Assembly: GCA_022340515.1 (NCBI GenBank)
Contig: JAJDNT010000261.1
Coordinates: 1 to 62,879, forward strand
Reading direction: 5' to 3'
Length of the DNA stretch: 62,879 nt
From: Deltaproteobacteria bacterium
GTDB lineage: Bacteria; Desulfobacterota; Syntrophobacteria; BM002
How positions within the stretch are numbered: the stretch's first letter is position 1; each line of letters starts with the position of its first letter. The notes below the pieces were generated by a model, which saw only the letters and a program-made list of their open reading frames with translations, was not told the DNA's origin and searched no databases. The translations under genes were made by a program, and so were the position numbers. Below, in pieces: positions 53,853-62,685 of the stretch.

Positions 53853-54549
53853 GGTAAAAAATATCGATGTCTACTATGGCGACGTCCAGGTCATTTTTGA
53901 CCTTTCCCTACACGTAGAGGAAGGCGAGGTGGTCAGCATCATCGGAGGTAACGGTGCTGGCAAATCTACTCTGTTGAAGACAATTTCCGGTCTGCTTCAT
54001 CCATCTAGGGGAGAAGTTTCCTTTGAGGGTAATGCCATTCAAGCCGCCTCTCCTGATAAAATTGTGGAATATGGGATCGTGCAGGTCCCCGAGGGACGGC
54101 GACTCTTCACACTTATGACCGTGAAAGACAACCTCGTCGTCGGAGGCTACAACAGCCGTGCCAGCCAGCACGTGGACAAGATGATCGATGAGGTATACAC
54201 GCTGTTTCCCCGGCTCAGTGAACGAGAGTCCCAATTGGCCATGACCCTTTCCGGAGGTGAGCAGCAGATGGTGGCCATCGGCCGGGGCATCATGGCCAGG
54301 CCAAAGCTGTTGATGCTTGACGAACCGTCCCTCGGATTGGCGCCTCTCCTGATAAAAAATATCTTTGAAACTGTGCGCAAAATCGCTGACCAGGGCACGA
54401 CCGTCCTTCTTGTTGAACAGGATGTGAAACACTCCTTGAGTTTGAGCGACCGCGGTTACGTTTTGGAGCACGGCCGCGTGGCCATGGAAGGTACGGCCAA
54501 AACACTTCTGGATGATCCGCATATCAAGACGGCCTATCTCGGCTTGTGA
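53839..54549 (+). CDS. livF: LivF-type ABC ATPase
   Basis: GGNGAGKST, LSGGEQQM, LMLDEPS and the C-terminal AYLG. Confidence 0.85.
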   Translation: MAFLEVKNIDVYYGDVQVIFDLSLHVEEGEVVSIIGGNGAGKSTLLKTISGLLHPSRGEVSFEGNAIQAASPDKIVEYGIVQVPEGRRLFTLMTVKDNLVVGGYNSRASQHVDKMIDEVYTLFPRLSERESQLAMTLSGGEQQMVAIGRGIMARPKLLMLDEPSLGLAPLLIKNIFETVRKIADQGTTVLLVEQDVKHSLSLSDRGYVLEHGRVAMEGTAKTLLDDPHIKTAYLGL

Positions 54550-54620
54550 ATTTCCAGAGGGTGTACCCATCTCAGGCGCCTTCGCTTGATCCAAAAACCA
54601 AGCACTCAAAGGAAGAAAGC

Positions 54621-56387
54621 ATGCATGGCTTTTTCGGACGAATCCTGGTGGTTAACCTAAGTGAAGAGACTTTTGACTTCGAAGCAATACCCGATGAGGT
54701 ATTAGGCAGTTACCTTGGCGGAAAGGGCTTGGCCTCTCACCTTCTCTATAAGCTGAATCCCCAGGGTGTTGACCCGCTGAGTCCCGAAAATCATCTCGTT
54801 TTCGCTACGGGACCTGTTACTGGAAGTGCTATCTGGGGCTCCTGCCGTTACGGGGTTTTCACCAAGTCACCTCAGACCGGTTTCTACACTGAATCATACT
54901 CAGGGGGAAAGGTGCCCGAAGCCATTGATTCCACAGGCTTCGACGCTATTGTGATCAAGGGGCAGTGTGCTGAACCAAAAGTTGTGGTTGTTCGCCCGGA
55001 AGGTGTGGAGTTTCATGACGCCGGCGATATCTGGGGAATGGACACTTTTCAAACAGAGGACACGGTGCTCGAACGATTTGCCCGCTCTGACTCAGGCCTC
55101 AAGAGACCAGGCGCCGTGGTTATTGGCCCTGCTGGGGAAAACCTGGTTCGTTTTGCGGTGATCGAAAATGATTACTGGCGCTCTGCCGGCAGGACTGGGG
55201 TGGGCGCGGTCATGGGGGCAAAGCGGCTCAAAGCTGTGCTCTTTCAGGGTGACCGAAAAAGGTCCCTTTATGATCAGAATGCAGTCCGTGAGTTTTGCAA
55301 AAAATTGGCGACGGAAGGGAAGGACGATGCCGGAGTCAAGGCTTATAAAACCATGGGCACACCCATGATGGTTAAAATCGTGAACCAGGCCAGGGCTTTC
55401 CCCACCCGTTACTGGTCTGAGGGGAGTTGTGAGCACTGGGAAAAGATCAGTGCTGATGCCCTACATGAGAGATGTCAGGTAAAGCCACACGCTTGTCTTA
55501 AATGCTTCATGGCCTGTGGCCGGATGACCACGGTCCTGCGCGGGCGCCATGCCGGACTCAAGCTGGAAGGGCCGGAATATGAGACAATCTATGCCTTTGG
55601 CGGTATCTGTCTCATCGACAGCATTGAGGAAATTGCTTATCTGAATGACATTTGCGACCGTCTGGGCATGGACACCATCACGGCTGGGAATCTATGCGGC
55701 CTTACCATCGAGGCGGCTAGGCGAGGAAAGATCGACTACAAGATTGATTATGGTGATGTGGATGCCATAGCTGAGATGCTCAAGAAAATAGCAGGACGAG
55801 AAGACGTCGGTGAGGTACTGGCCCAGGGAATTAGGGTGGCTGCGAAGGAATGGGATCTGGAAGAGATTGCTGTTCACGTAAAGGGCCTGGAACCGGCTGG
55901 TTATGATCCCCGGGTACTCAAGGGAATGGGCCTAGGATACGCTACCTCTGACCGCGGGGCCTGTCATTTGAGATCAACATTTTACAAACCTGAACTGAGT
56001 GGCCTTATCAGCCCCGATGAAATCAAAGGTAAGGCAGAACTATTCGTAGACTTTGAAGATCGCTTGACGATTTTTGACACTCTTATCCTCTGCCGTTTTT
56101 ACCGTGACCTCTATCCCTGGGAGAAGCTGGGGCAAATAATCCATGCCGTAACCGGGATGAACGGGGGAAAAGAAGCACTCAGATCCAGGGCTGCAAGCAT
56201 TAGCACATTGGTTCGCCGATTTAACCTCCGAGAAGGTCTGGAACCTGAAGACGACCGGCTGCCGAAAGGCTTGCACCGGCAACTCTCCAAGACAGGAGAG
56301 GTAATCACAGAAGAAGAACTCCGATTTATGCTCAATGACTATTACCGAATTCGTGGTTGGGATGAGAAGGGAAATCCCTTATCTTGA
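54621..56387 (+). CDS. aor: Aldehyde:ferredoxin oxidoreductase family (tungstopterin enzyme)
   Basis: Start at the ATG at 54621 (MHGFFGRILVVNLS). GGKGL, the EPAGYDPR-type motif and the [4Fe-4S] Cys region (CLKCFMAC) are present. Confidence 0.8.
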   Translation: MHGFFGRILVVNLSEETFDFEAIPDEVLGSYLGGKGLASHLLYKLNPQGVDPLSPENHLVFATGPVTGSAIWGSCRYGVFTKSPQTGFYTESYSGGKVPEAIDSTGFDAIVIKGQCAEPKVVVVRPEGVEFHDAGDIWGMDTFQTEDTVLERFARSDSGLKRPGAVVIGPAGENLVRFAVIENDYWRSAGRTGVGAVMGAKRLKAVLFQGDRKRSLYDQNAVREFCKKLATEGKDDAGVKAYKTMGTPMMVKIVNQARAFPTRYWSEGSCEHWEKISADALHERCQVKPHACLKCFMACGRMTTVLRGRHAGLKLEGPEYETIYAFGGICLIDSIEEIAYLNDICDRLGMDTITAGNLCGLTIEAARRGKIDYKIDYGDVDAIAEMLKKIAGREDVGEVLAQGIRVAAKEWDLEEIAVHVKGLEPAGYDPRVLKGMGLGYATSDRGACHLRSTFYKPELSGLISPDEIKGKAELFVDFEDRLTIFDTLILCRFYRDLYPWEKLGQIIHAVTGMNGGKEALRSRAASISTLVRRFNLREGLEPEDDRLPKGLHRQLSKTGEVITEEELRFMLNDYYRIRGWDEKGNPLS

Positions 56388-56445
56388 CTCTCGCTCACCT
56401 AATACCATAGGGATCTGATATCTTGTTCAGGTCGATTACATTTAA

Positions 56446-56513
56446 AGCGTTATTATATAAACTCTCCTAGCATTTTCCTGCCAACTTGTATCTCATCTTT
56501 TAATCTAAACTTT
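56446..56513 (+). repeat. Dispersed repeat B, copy 2
   Basis: AGCGTTATTATATAAACTCTCCTAGCATTTTCC...CTTTTAATCTAAACTT. See 47522-47590. Confidence 0.55.
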
Positions 56514-56713
56514 GTCGCTCAAGGAACTGCCACCGTATATAGTAGTTAGCTGACCCTGCCATCTCTTTGTCTTCCCTTCTCAGGGAGCAAGGAATATTTT
56601 TCTCCTATGGAAAATGGCCAAACACTACCCGATTCCTCTTTACATCCTGATTCTGTATAATCATCTTCACTTCATCTGATGAAAAATGTGACATGCGTGA
56701 CGAGAAACGCTAG

Positions 56714-59185
56714 ATGGATAAGATAATCGTTCGCGGTGCGCGACAGCACAATCTCAAGAATATTGACGTCCATATACCCCGCAACCGTCTGGTGGTTATC
56801 ACCGGGATTAGCGGCTCCGGTAAGTCATCCCTGGCCTTCGACACCCTGTATGCCGAGGGCCAAAGGCGTTATGTGGAATCACTATCCTCTTATGCTCGGC
56901 AGTTTCTGGAAAAAATGGACCGGCCCGATGTGGACTCAATCGAGGGTCTGAGCCCGGCTATCGCCATTGAACAGAAGACCGCCAGCAAAAACCCCCGCTC
57001 CACCGTCGGAACCATTACGGAAATCTATGACTATTTGAGAGTCCTTTTTGCCAGGGTAGGTCAGGTTCACTGTACCGGCTGCGGCGAGAAGATCCAGGCC
57101 ATGACCATCCAGCAAATGGTTGACCGGATCCTTACCTTGCCAGAAAACACCCGGATTCTCATACTGTCCCCACTAATATGGCGCCGGAAAAGTAAGTTAA
57201 AAAACATCTTCAGCCGGTTGAGGAGGGAAGGATTCGTTCGAGTGCGGGTAAATGGACTTGTCCTTGATCTTGACGAGCCCATTCAACTAGACCCTGATCC
57301 AAATCAGCAAATCGAAGTTGTTGTGGACCGACTAGTGGTGCGGCCTGATGGTATCAGGCGGATAACAGATTCCTTGGAGCTTGCACTCAGGACTGCTGAA
57401 GGTAGAGCCAGAGTGGCCATTCTTGACGGGGACTACTGGGATTTCACTGACCTACCCATTTGCCATGCTTGCAACCTTAAAATGGTGGAGCCTTCTCCAC
57501 AACTATTTAGCTTCAACAGCGGTCTCGGCGCTTGTCCTGATTGTTCAGGCCTGGGAGTAGAAATAGAGAGAGAAGAAGTATGTCCCAGTTGCAAGGGTGC
57601 ACGATTAAGGCCGGAATCCTTAGCAGTAACCATCGAGGATATGAACATTTATCAGGTCAGCAGCCTTGACATTCTTGGCCTGGATGAATGGCTCAGACAA
57701 CTGCGCTTTTCAGCCCAGTTGGCTCCCGTGGCCAACCGCTTGATCAGCCAAGTCCGACAGCGGCTGGAATTTCTCACTCAGGTGGGACTTTCTTATCTAA
57801 CTCTTGATCGCGCTTCCACTACTCTGTCGGGTGGTGAGGCCCAGCGGCTCCGTCTTGCCACCCAGATCGGCTCCCAACTAGTGGGGGTGCTATATATCCT
57901 TGACGAGCCGAGTATTGGCCTGCACCAGCGGGACAACAACCGTCTCCTGGACACCCTCAAAGCTCTTCGGGATCAGGGCAACACGGTTTTGGTTGTGGAA
58001 CACGACACCGAGACCATTATGGCGGCGGATCATGTCATTGACGTGGGTCCTGGTGCCGGTGATCACGGCGGTTATCTGGTTTTTAGTGGCAAGCCGGAAC
58101 TGATTAGTCAACACCCCGAGTCTCTTACAGGACAATACCTCTCCGGCAGGTTGACCATCGCCCTGCCATTTAAGAGGCGCACGCCCCAACGGGGTTTTAT
58201 CACCATCGAAGGGGCCAGGGCCAACAATCTTCAGAACATAACCGCGTCTGTTCCTGTTGGTCTCTTTACCTGTGTTACTGGTGTATCTGGCTCGGGGAAG
58301 AGCAGTTTAATCCTGGACACCCTTTACCTTGCCGCCGCAAAATCTCTTTATCGTGCACGGAAACATCCTGGTGCCCATGCACGAATTCTGGGTCTCGAAA
58401 AAATAGATAAGGTTGTTCACATTGATCAGAGCGCAATCGGTCGTACTCCCAGGTCGAACCCAGCCACCTATACCGGCGTCTTCAACCAGATACGCAGCCT
58501 TTTGGCTCAGGTGCCCGAGGCTCGGGCCCGGGGATACAGAGCCGGTCGTTTCAGTTTCAACGTCAAGGGCGGCCGCTGTGAAGCCTGTAGCGGTCAAGGC
58601 ATCCTCAAAGTGGAAATGCATTTCTTGCCAGATGTGTATGTTACCTGTGATCAGTGCAATGGTCTCCGTTTTAACCGAGTCTCCCTAGAAATCATTTTCA
58701 AGGGGAAAAACATCTGGCAAGTGTTGGAGATGACTATCAACGAGGCCCTCAGGTTTTTTGCCAACATCCCTGCTATCAAAGACAAGCTTTCTACCTTGCA
58801 GGCAGTCGGGCTTGGCTACCTCAAACTCGGCCAAGGAGCCACAACCTTGTCTGGTGGTGAAGCGCAGAGAATAAAGCTGTCCCGCGAACTCAGCAAGCGC
58901 AGTCGCGGCAGAACCCTTTATCTGCTGGACGAACCCACCACGGGTCTGCACTTCGACGACATCAAAAAGCTTCTTTATGTTCTAAATCACCTGGTGGAAG
59001 CGGGCAACACCGTGGTGGTAATAGAGCACCACCTGGATGTTATTAAGACCGCAGATTTTGTCATTGATCTTGGACCTGAAGGAGGGACAGAGGGTGGCAG
59101 GATTGTGGGCACCGGGACGCCGGAGAAGATAGCAGAAATACCCGAATCGCACACAGGAAGGTACTTAAGAGGAGTGCTCGAATAG
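56714..59185 (+). CDS. uvrA: UvrA-family excinuclease ATPase, short form lacking the insertion domain
   Basis: Two Walker A motifs ([18 protein letters not shown]), two LSGGEAQR signatures and Zn modules. It is 823 aa against about 940 for canonical UvrA. The gap maps between GLGV and [10 protein letters not shown]. Confidence 0.85.
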   Translation: MDKIIVRGARQHNLKNIDVHIPRNRLVVITGISGSGKSSLAFDTLYAEGQRRYVESLSSYARQFLEKMDRPDVDSIEGLSPAIAIEQKTASKNPRSTVGTITEIYDYLRVLFARVGQVHCTGCGEKIQAMTIQQMVDRILTLPENTRILILSPLIWRRKSKLKNIFSRLRREGFVRVRVNGLVLDLDEPIQLDPDPNQQIEVVVDRLVVRPDGIRRITDSLELALRTAEGRARVAILDGDYWDFTDLPICHACNLKMVEPSPQLFSFNSGLGACPDCSGLGVEIEREEVCPSCKGARLRPESLAVTIEDMNIYQVSSLDILGLDEWLRQLRFSAQLAPVANRLISQVRQRLEFLTQVGLSYLTLDRASTTLSGGEAQRLRLATQIGSQLVGVLYILDEPSIGLHQRDNNRLLDTLKALRDQGNTVLVVEHDTETIMAADHVIDVGPGAGDHGGYLVFSGKPELISQHPESLTGQYLSGRLTIALPFKRRTPQRGFITIEGARANNLQNITASVPVGLFTCVTGVSGSGKSSLILDTLYLAAAKSLYRARKHPGAHARILGLEKIDKVVHIDQSAIGRTPRSNPATYTGVFNQIRSLLAQVPEARARGYRAGRFSFNVKGGRCEACSGQGILKVEMHFLPDVYVTCDQCNGLRFNRVSLEIIFKGKNIWQVLEMTINEALRFFANIPAIKDKLSTLQAVGLGYLKLGQGATTLSGGEAQRIKLSRELSKRSRGRTLYLLDEPTTGLHFDDIKKLLYVLNHLVEAGNTVVVIEHHLDVIKTADFVIDLGPEGGTEGGRIVGTGTPEKIAEIPESHTGRYLRGVLE

Positions 59186-59224
59186 AGATCGCTCTTGTAC
59201 AACCAACGCATAAATCACAAATCC

Positions 59225-59355
59225 CAAGTACCAAATCCCAAACAAATTCAAAATCTCAAATTCCAAAGTTCAAAACAGACCCTTGTACCAGTAGTCAATT
59301 CTTGCGTATTGGTAATTGGGATTTTGGTCATTCGGATTTGTTTGGGATTTGGAGC
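59225..59355. repeat. Long imperfect hairpin built from CAAATCC/CAAAATC-type words
   Basis: ACCAAATCCCAAACAAATTC on the left arm is complementary to GGATTTGTTTGGGATTTGGAG on the right arm. Lies downstream of uvrA. Confidence 0.6.
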
Positions 59356-59432
59356 TTGACCGCAGGTGGACAGTCCTCATCCTCTCAAGCCTAATAGCGC
59401 TGTGCTCTTCGGCACACCTCGAGCCTCACTCC

Positions 59433-59616
59433 AAGCCCTGATATTTCATGAATTGCTGTCGCCAGACCGCGAAGATGGGCGGGCCACCTGGCAACCACAG
59501 GGTGTTGGTTCCGAGGCGTACTTGAATAGTACGCTGCAGGGGCCGACACCCGAGGACGCAAGGAAGGCCGGCCGTATCCGCGGTCGCAGCAGGTGATTCA
59601 TGAAATATCAGGGCTA
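59433..59616. mobile_element. 184-bp foldback (MITE-like) element, copy 2
   Basis: AGCCCTGATATTTCATGAAT and ATTCATGAAATATCAGGGCT form perfect 20-bp terminal inverted repeats. Same length as copy 1. The terminal CTA (59614-59616) is the rex stop codon on the minus strand. Confidence 0.75.
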
Positions 59617-60249
59617 AGTGCTGGTCGAAGAAATATGGTAGGCGAGGTTGTCTAGTTTGATTGAGAAATCTACGTTTTCCACTCGACAGCAGTCAGGTAC
59701 CTGAATCTGAACCGGAGAGAAATTCAAAATCCCGTTGATCCCAGCAAGAATGAGCTGGTTTGCCACACTCTGGGCGGACTCCGGCGGCACAGCGATAATG
59801 CCCATCTCAACGTTGCGTTCCTTTACTAATTCCTCGAAGCGGTCAACGTGCTCAATGACAAGGCCATTGGGCAGACTCTTGCCGATTTTTTCAGGATCTG
59901 AATCAAAGGCAGCCACGAATCGATATCCATGCTTGAGAAAGTTGGCATGGCGAATAAGGGCTGAACCTAGATTACCTACTCCGAACAATGCCATGTTCCA
60001 CGGGCGATTGAGACCGAGTATCTCTTTGATTTGAGAGTAGAGGTCTTTGACTCTATAGCCAACACCCCTCACTCCAAATTCACCGAAGTACGCCAGGTCC
60101 TTGCGAATCTGGGCTGGATTCACCCCACACTGCTTGGCCAAGCGCTCTGAAGAGATCACCTCGACATCATTGGCTATCAATTCGTCTAGGTTTCTTAAAT
60201 AGATCGACAGCCGGTTGATCGTGGCCATGGGAATCTTGGCGAACTTCAT
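59614..60249 (-). CDS. rex: Redox-sensing transcriptional repressor Rex
   Basis: Start at MKFAKIP (60249), with GAGG upstream. The winged-helix N-terminus (ATINRLSIYLRNL) and the Rossmann GVGNLG motif are present. Confidence 0.85.
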   Translation of the reverse strand: MKFAKIPMATINRLSIYLRNLDELIANDVEVISSERLAKQCGVNPAQIRKDLAYFGEFGVRGVGYRVKDLYSQIKEILGLNRPWNMALFGVGNLGSALIRHANFLKHGYRFVAAFDSDPEKIGKSLPNGLVIEHVDRFEELVKERNVEMGIIAVPPESAQSVANQLILAGINGILNFSPVQIQVPDCCRVENVDFSIKLDNLAYHISSTST

Positions 60250-60306
60250 AACCTCACAGTCCTGTTTTAATATCGGCGGCTGAGCCGATCTCAATTCAAA
60301 GGGTGA

Positions 60307-60342
60307 CCGGGGGATTGACCCACTTTCTGATCAATCCCCCGG
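60307..60342 (-). other. Perfect 12-bp stem hairpin between atpE and rex
   Basis: CCGGGGGATTGA (60307-60318) and TCAATCCCCCGG (60331-60342), with a 12-nt loop. There is no clear U-tract on the minus strand. Confidence 0.55.
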
Positions 60343-60364
60343 TCGGATATCCGCAGTTAAGCTA

Positions 60365-60739
60365 CTAGTGGGCAACCAGCCCTACAAAACCTTGGATGAG
60401 CTTGGACACCGGGTTTGCATAGATCAGAATCAGGCAGATAACCAAGCAATAAATACAAAGGGACTCAATCATCGCCAGACCGATCATCATGGTCACAGTA
60501 ATTTTACCAGAGGCCTCGGGATTACGGGCAACACCTTCCACCGAGCTCTTAATGGAGATTCCCTGAGCAATACCGCAGCCGATAGAAGAGATGGCAATGG
60601 AGAAACCAGCTGCCACGGCAGAGTAGAGGAAGAACCTGAGACCTACAACCTTTTCAGCTTCCGTCGCCTCTCCTGCAAAAGCCAAGGCGGCGAAACCCAG
60701 AACCAGCACCAGCGTCAGAAACAGAACTTTCCTTTTCAT
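60365..60739 (-). CDS. atpE: F-type ATP synthase c subunit with a signal-peptide-like N-terminal extension
   Basis: C-terminal hairpin GIAQG...ARNPE...LAMIESLCIY. The first 25 aa or so (MKRKVLFLTLVLVLGFAALAFAGEA) resemble a signal peptide. Confidence 0.8.
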   Translation of the reverse strand: MKRKVLFLTLVLVLGFAALAFAGEATEAEKVVGLRFFLYSAVAAGFSIAISSIGCGIAQGISIKSSVEGVARNPEASGKITVTMMIGLAMIESLCIYCLVICLILIYANPVSKLIQGFVGLVAH

Positions 60740-60852
60740 GCAAAAAGCCCTCCTTGTTTGTAATTATTAATATGGCCTTCTTCCAAACTACGACCTTCTT
60801 CCCAACTATTTTGCTGACGCCCCATTCTTGCACCCGACCAAAGGTTAATAGT

Positions 60853-61575
60853 TTAATGGGCATGCTCAATGGCGCCGGCGAAGTACATCATTGAAAGCAG
60901 ACAGAAAATAAAGGCCTGCACGCCGCCGGTAAACAGACCTAAGAACATCACCGGTAAAGGAGCGAGGTAAAGACCCGCCAGAAACATCAGGATAGCGAGC
61001 ACCAGTTCCTCACCGAAGATGTTACCAAAAAGTCGGATGGACAGGCTAAGAATACGGGCAAGGTGCCCAATTACCTCAACCACAAAGATGAGGGGTGAAA
61101 GCCACCAGATCGGCCCCATGAAATGTTTTATGTATGCAGGCCCATGGAACTTGACACCGATTACGTGGGTGTAGAAAACCACTATTATGGCACATGCCAA
61201 GGTGGTGTTGACATTGGCAGTGGGACCGAAGAAGCCCGGGATCATTCCCATGTAGTTACTAATGAGAATAAAAAACGCTAGTGTGCCTATCAATGGAAAC
61301 AGGTAGCGACCATCTTCACCGGTAACGCCAACCATGAACTCCTCGATGCCGTTGATCACAACCTCGAAGACATTCTGGCCACCCTTGGGAACCAGTTCGA
61401 TCTTACGAACCGTTAGTTTGACTAGGATCACTAAAGCGATCATAATCACCCAGGTATAGGTCACATAGGGCAGGAGTATTTTCTGTAGAAAGGTATGCGC
61501 TTCAGTGAAATCGTGAACAATAGGTAGACCAAGTTTGCTAAAAAGGAGATTCAGGAAGATTATTGGATGTTCCAT
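60853..61575 (-). CDS. atpB: F-type ATP synthase a subunit
   Basis: The conserved LSLSIRLFGNI (essential Arg) and the polytopic layout. Confidence 0.85.
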   Translation of the reverse strand: MEHPIIFLNLLFSKLGLPIVHDFTEAHTFLQKILLPYVTYTWVIMIALVILVKLTVRKIELVPKGGQNVFEVVINGIEEFMVGVTGEDGRYLFPLIGTLAFFILISNYMGMIPGFFGPTANVNTTLACAIIVVFYTHVIGVKFHGPAYIKHFMGPIWWLSPLIFVVEVIGHLARILSLSIRLFGNIFGEELVLAILMFLAGLYLAPLPVMFLGLFTGGVQAFIFCLLSMMYFAGAIEHAH

Positions 61576-61578
61576 GGC

Positions 61579-61998
61579 CTAGACTACCCCCTTGAAAAAG
61601 AATTTTCGCGCCTCGTCAATACCTACCAGCGCAATGCCAAGTACGATTATGGACAAACCCAACAACATGCCAAAAGGGCTTACCCACCCCTTGATCAGCA
61701 ACAAGGCGATAATAATTCCCAAGGCTGCAAAGCGCAGGTAATACTTAAGCAAATAGAAAAACCGGGTTTTTCCTTTTCTCTGTGAATCCAGAGCCCTGAA
61801 AAGACTTCGCTTCATCAAATAGAAATTAGCGATGGCCAATATCCCGCCGACCAGGACCCCAAAGCCAAATTCTCGGGAGAAAAAAACGAAACTACTACTT
61901 GTAAGAAGTGCTAATAGGACCCAGTTGAATAATTCGATCTTTTTTAACAGGGCCTCATCTTTTATACGCATAGTGCCTGGGTCAGAGATGACCCTCAC
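61579..61998 (-). CDS. atpI: ATP synthase subunit I-like membrane protein
   Basis: Small 4-TM protein directly upstream of atpB. Confidence 0.6.
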   Translation of the reverse strand: MRVISDPGTMRIKDEALLKKIELFNWVLLALLTSSSFVFFSREFGFGVLVGGILAIANFYLMKRSLFRALDSQRKGKTRFFYLLKYYLRFAALGIIIALLLIKGWVSPFGMLLGLSIIVLGIALVGIDEARKFFFKGVV

Positions 61999-62213
61999 TC
62001 CTTGGCGCGTTTGCTCATAAAACGGTAAAAATTACGAAATCCTGCAATAATACCAACTATGAGAAAGATTACGGTAAGCCACGGGCTGGTATTAAACACT
62101 CTGTCTAACCAGAGTCCCAAAGCCAGCCCGATGAAGGTGGCGATGACAATGGTGAGTCCCAGAGTGCTGGCGAGCCCGACCAGCCTGAGAGCTTTCTTGG
62201 TGTCTTCTTTCAT
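61995..62213 (-). CDS. atpZ: AtpZ/AtpI-family small membrane protein
   Basis: Start placed at MKEDTKKALRL (62213), with GAGGGG upstream. Two TM helices. ATGA-type overlap with atpI. Confidence 0.6.
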   Translation of the reverse strand: MKEDTKKALRLVGLASTLGLTIVIATFIGLALGLWLDRVFNTSPWLTVIFLIVGIIAGFRNFYRFMSKRAKE

Positions 62214-62286
62214 GAAGGCCACCCCTCTCTCTTTCTGGTCTGGCCTCTGCCCACGAATATAGGCTGCCCGAAGGCGGCAACATAGT

Positions 62287-62304
62287 TCGTGTAAAACTTC
62301 ACGT
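62287..62304. promoter_or_regulatory. Weak candidate Rex operator upstream of atpZ
   Basis: TCGTGTAAAACTTCACGT against the Rex consensus TTGTGAAnnnnTTCACAA. It matches 10 of the 14 specified positions and is an imperfect palindrome. Confidence 0.25.
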
Positions 62305-62440
62305 ACTTCCCTACCACAGCACCTTGGGAAAGTCAACGGTTTTTTGTGAAAAGAATTGCGTTCGCGAAAGGGCTTGTTATTAGGTCATTACGCTGAGCTG
62401 TCACAAGGCTGCGCGGTCATTTGGCTAAAGCCGTCACTTG

Positions 62441-62510
62441 GCATGGAGCATAGGGCATAGGGCATAGAGAAAGGAGCCAGGAGGCAGAATTTAGGAGAAA
62501 AACAATCAGG
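62441..62510 (+). repeat. Word-stutter dispersed repeat (GCATGGAGCATAGGGCATAGGGCATAGAGAAAGGAGCCAGGAGGCAGAAT...AAACAATCAGGATTGA)
   Basis: Alignable to the reverse complement of 38400-38483 and to 18208-18262. Confidence 0.7.
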
Positions 62511-62685
62511 ATTGACTTCATCTGGGCTACCGCCTCTTTGAACCGCAGAATCTCGAACAAGGAATTTCTAATATCGAAGTTATCACTTCATCATTCTGCG
62601 GTTCCTTGTTCTGCGGTTCGATATTCCCTGTTTCGAACCAACTGTCCTCTGATCTCTGACTTCTTTCTGTCAGCTAGCTAGTAAA

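Noticed and set aside
56640-56675. A LexA/SOS box upstream of the uvrA-like gene (CTGTATAATCATCTTCAC).
   Set aside because: Only one CTGT half-site is present and the second half (ACAG) is missing. The string more likely contains a -10 element (TATAAT).
59366-59596. A 76-aa plus-strand ORF downstream of uvrA.
   Set aside because: It lies almost entirely inside foldback element copy 2. The equivalent frame is not open in copy 1, so it is a by-product of the GC-rich repeat core.
62610-62640. A tRNA-like GGTTCGATATTCC string near the atp/hemL spacer.
   Set aside because: There is no acceptor stem, anticodon arm or D-arm around it. It is part of the TTCTGCGG/TTCCTTG word-repeat hairpin.
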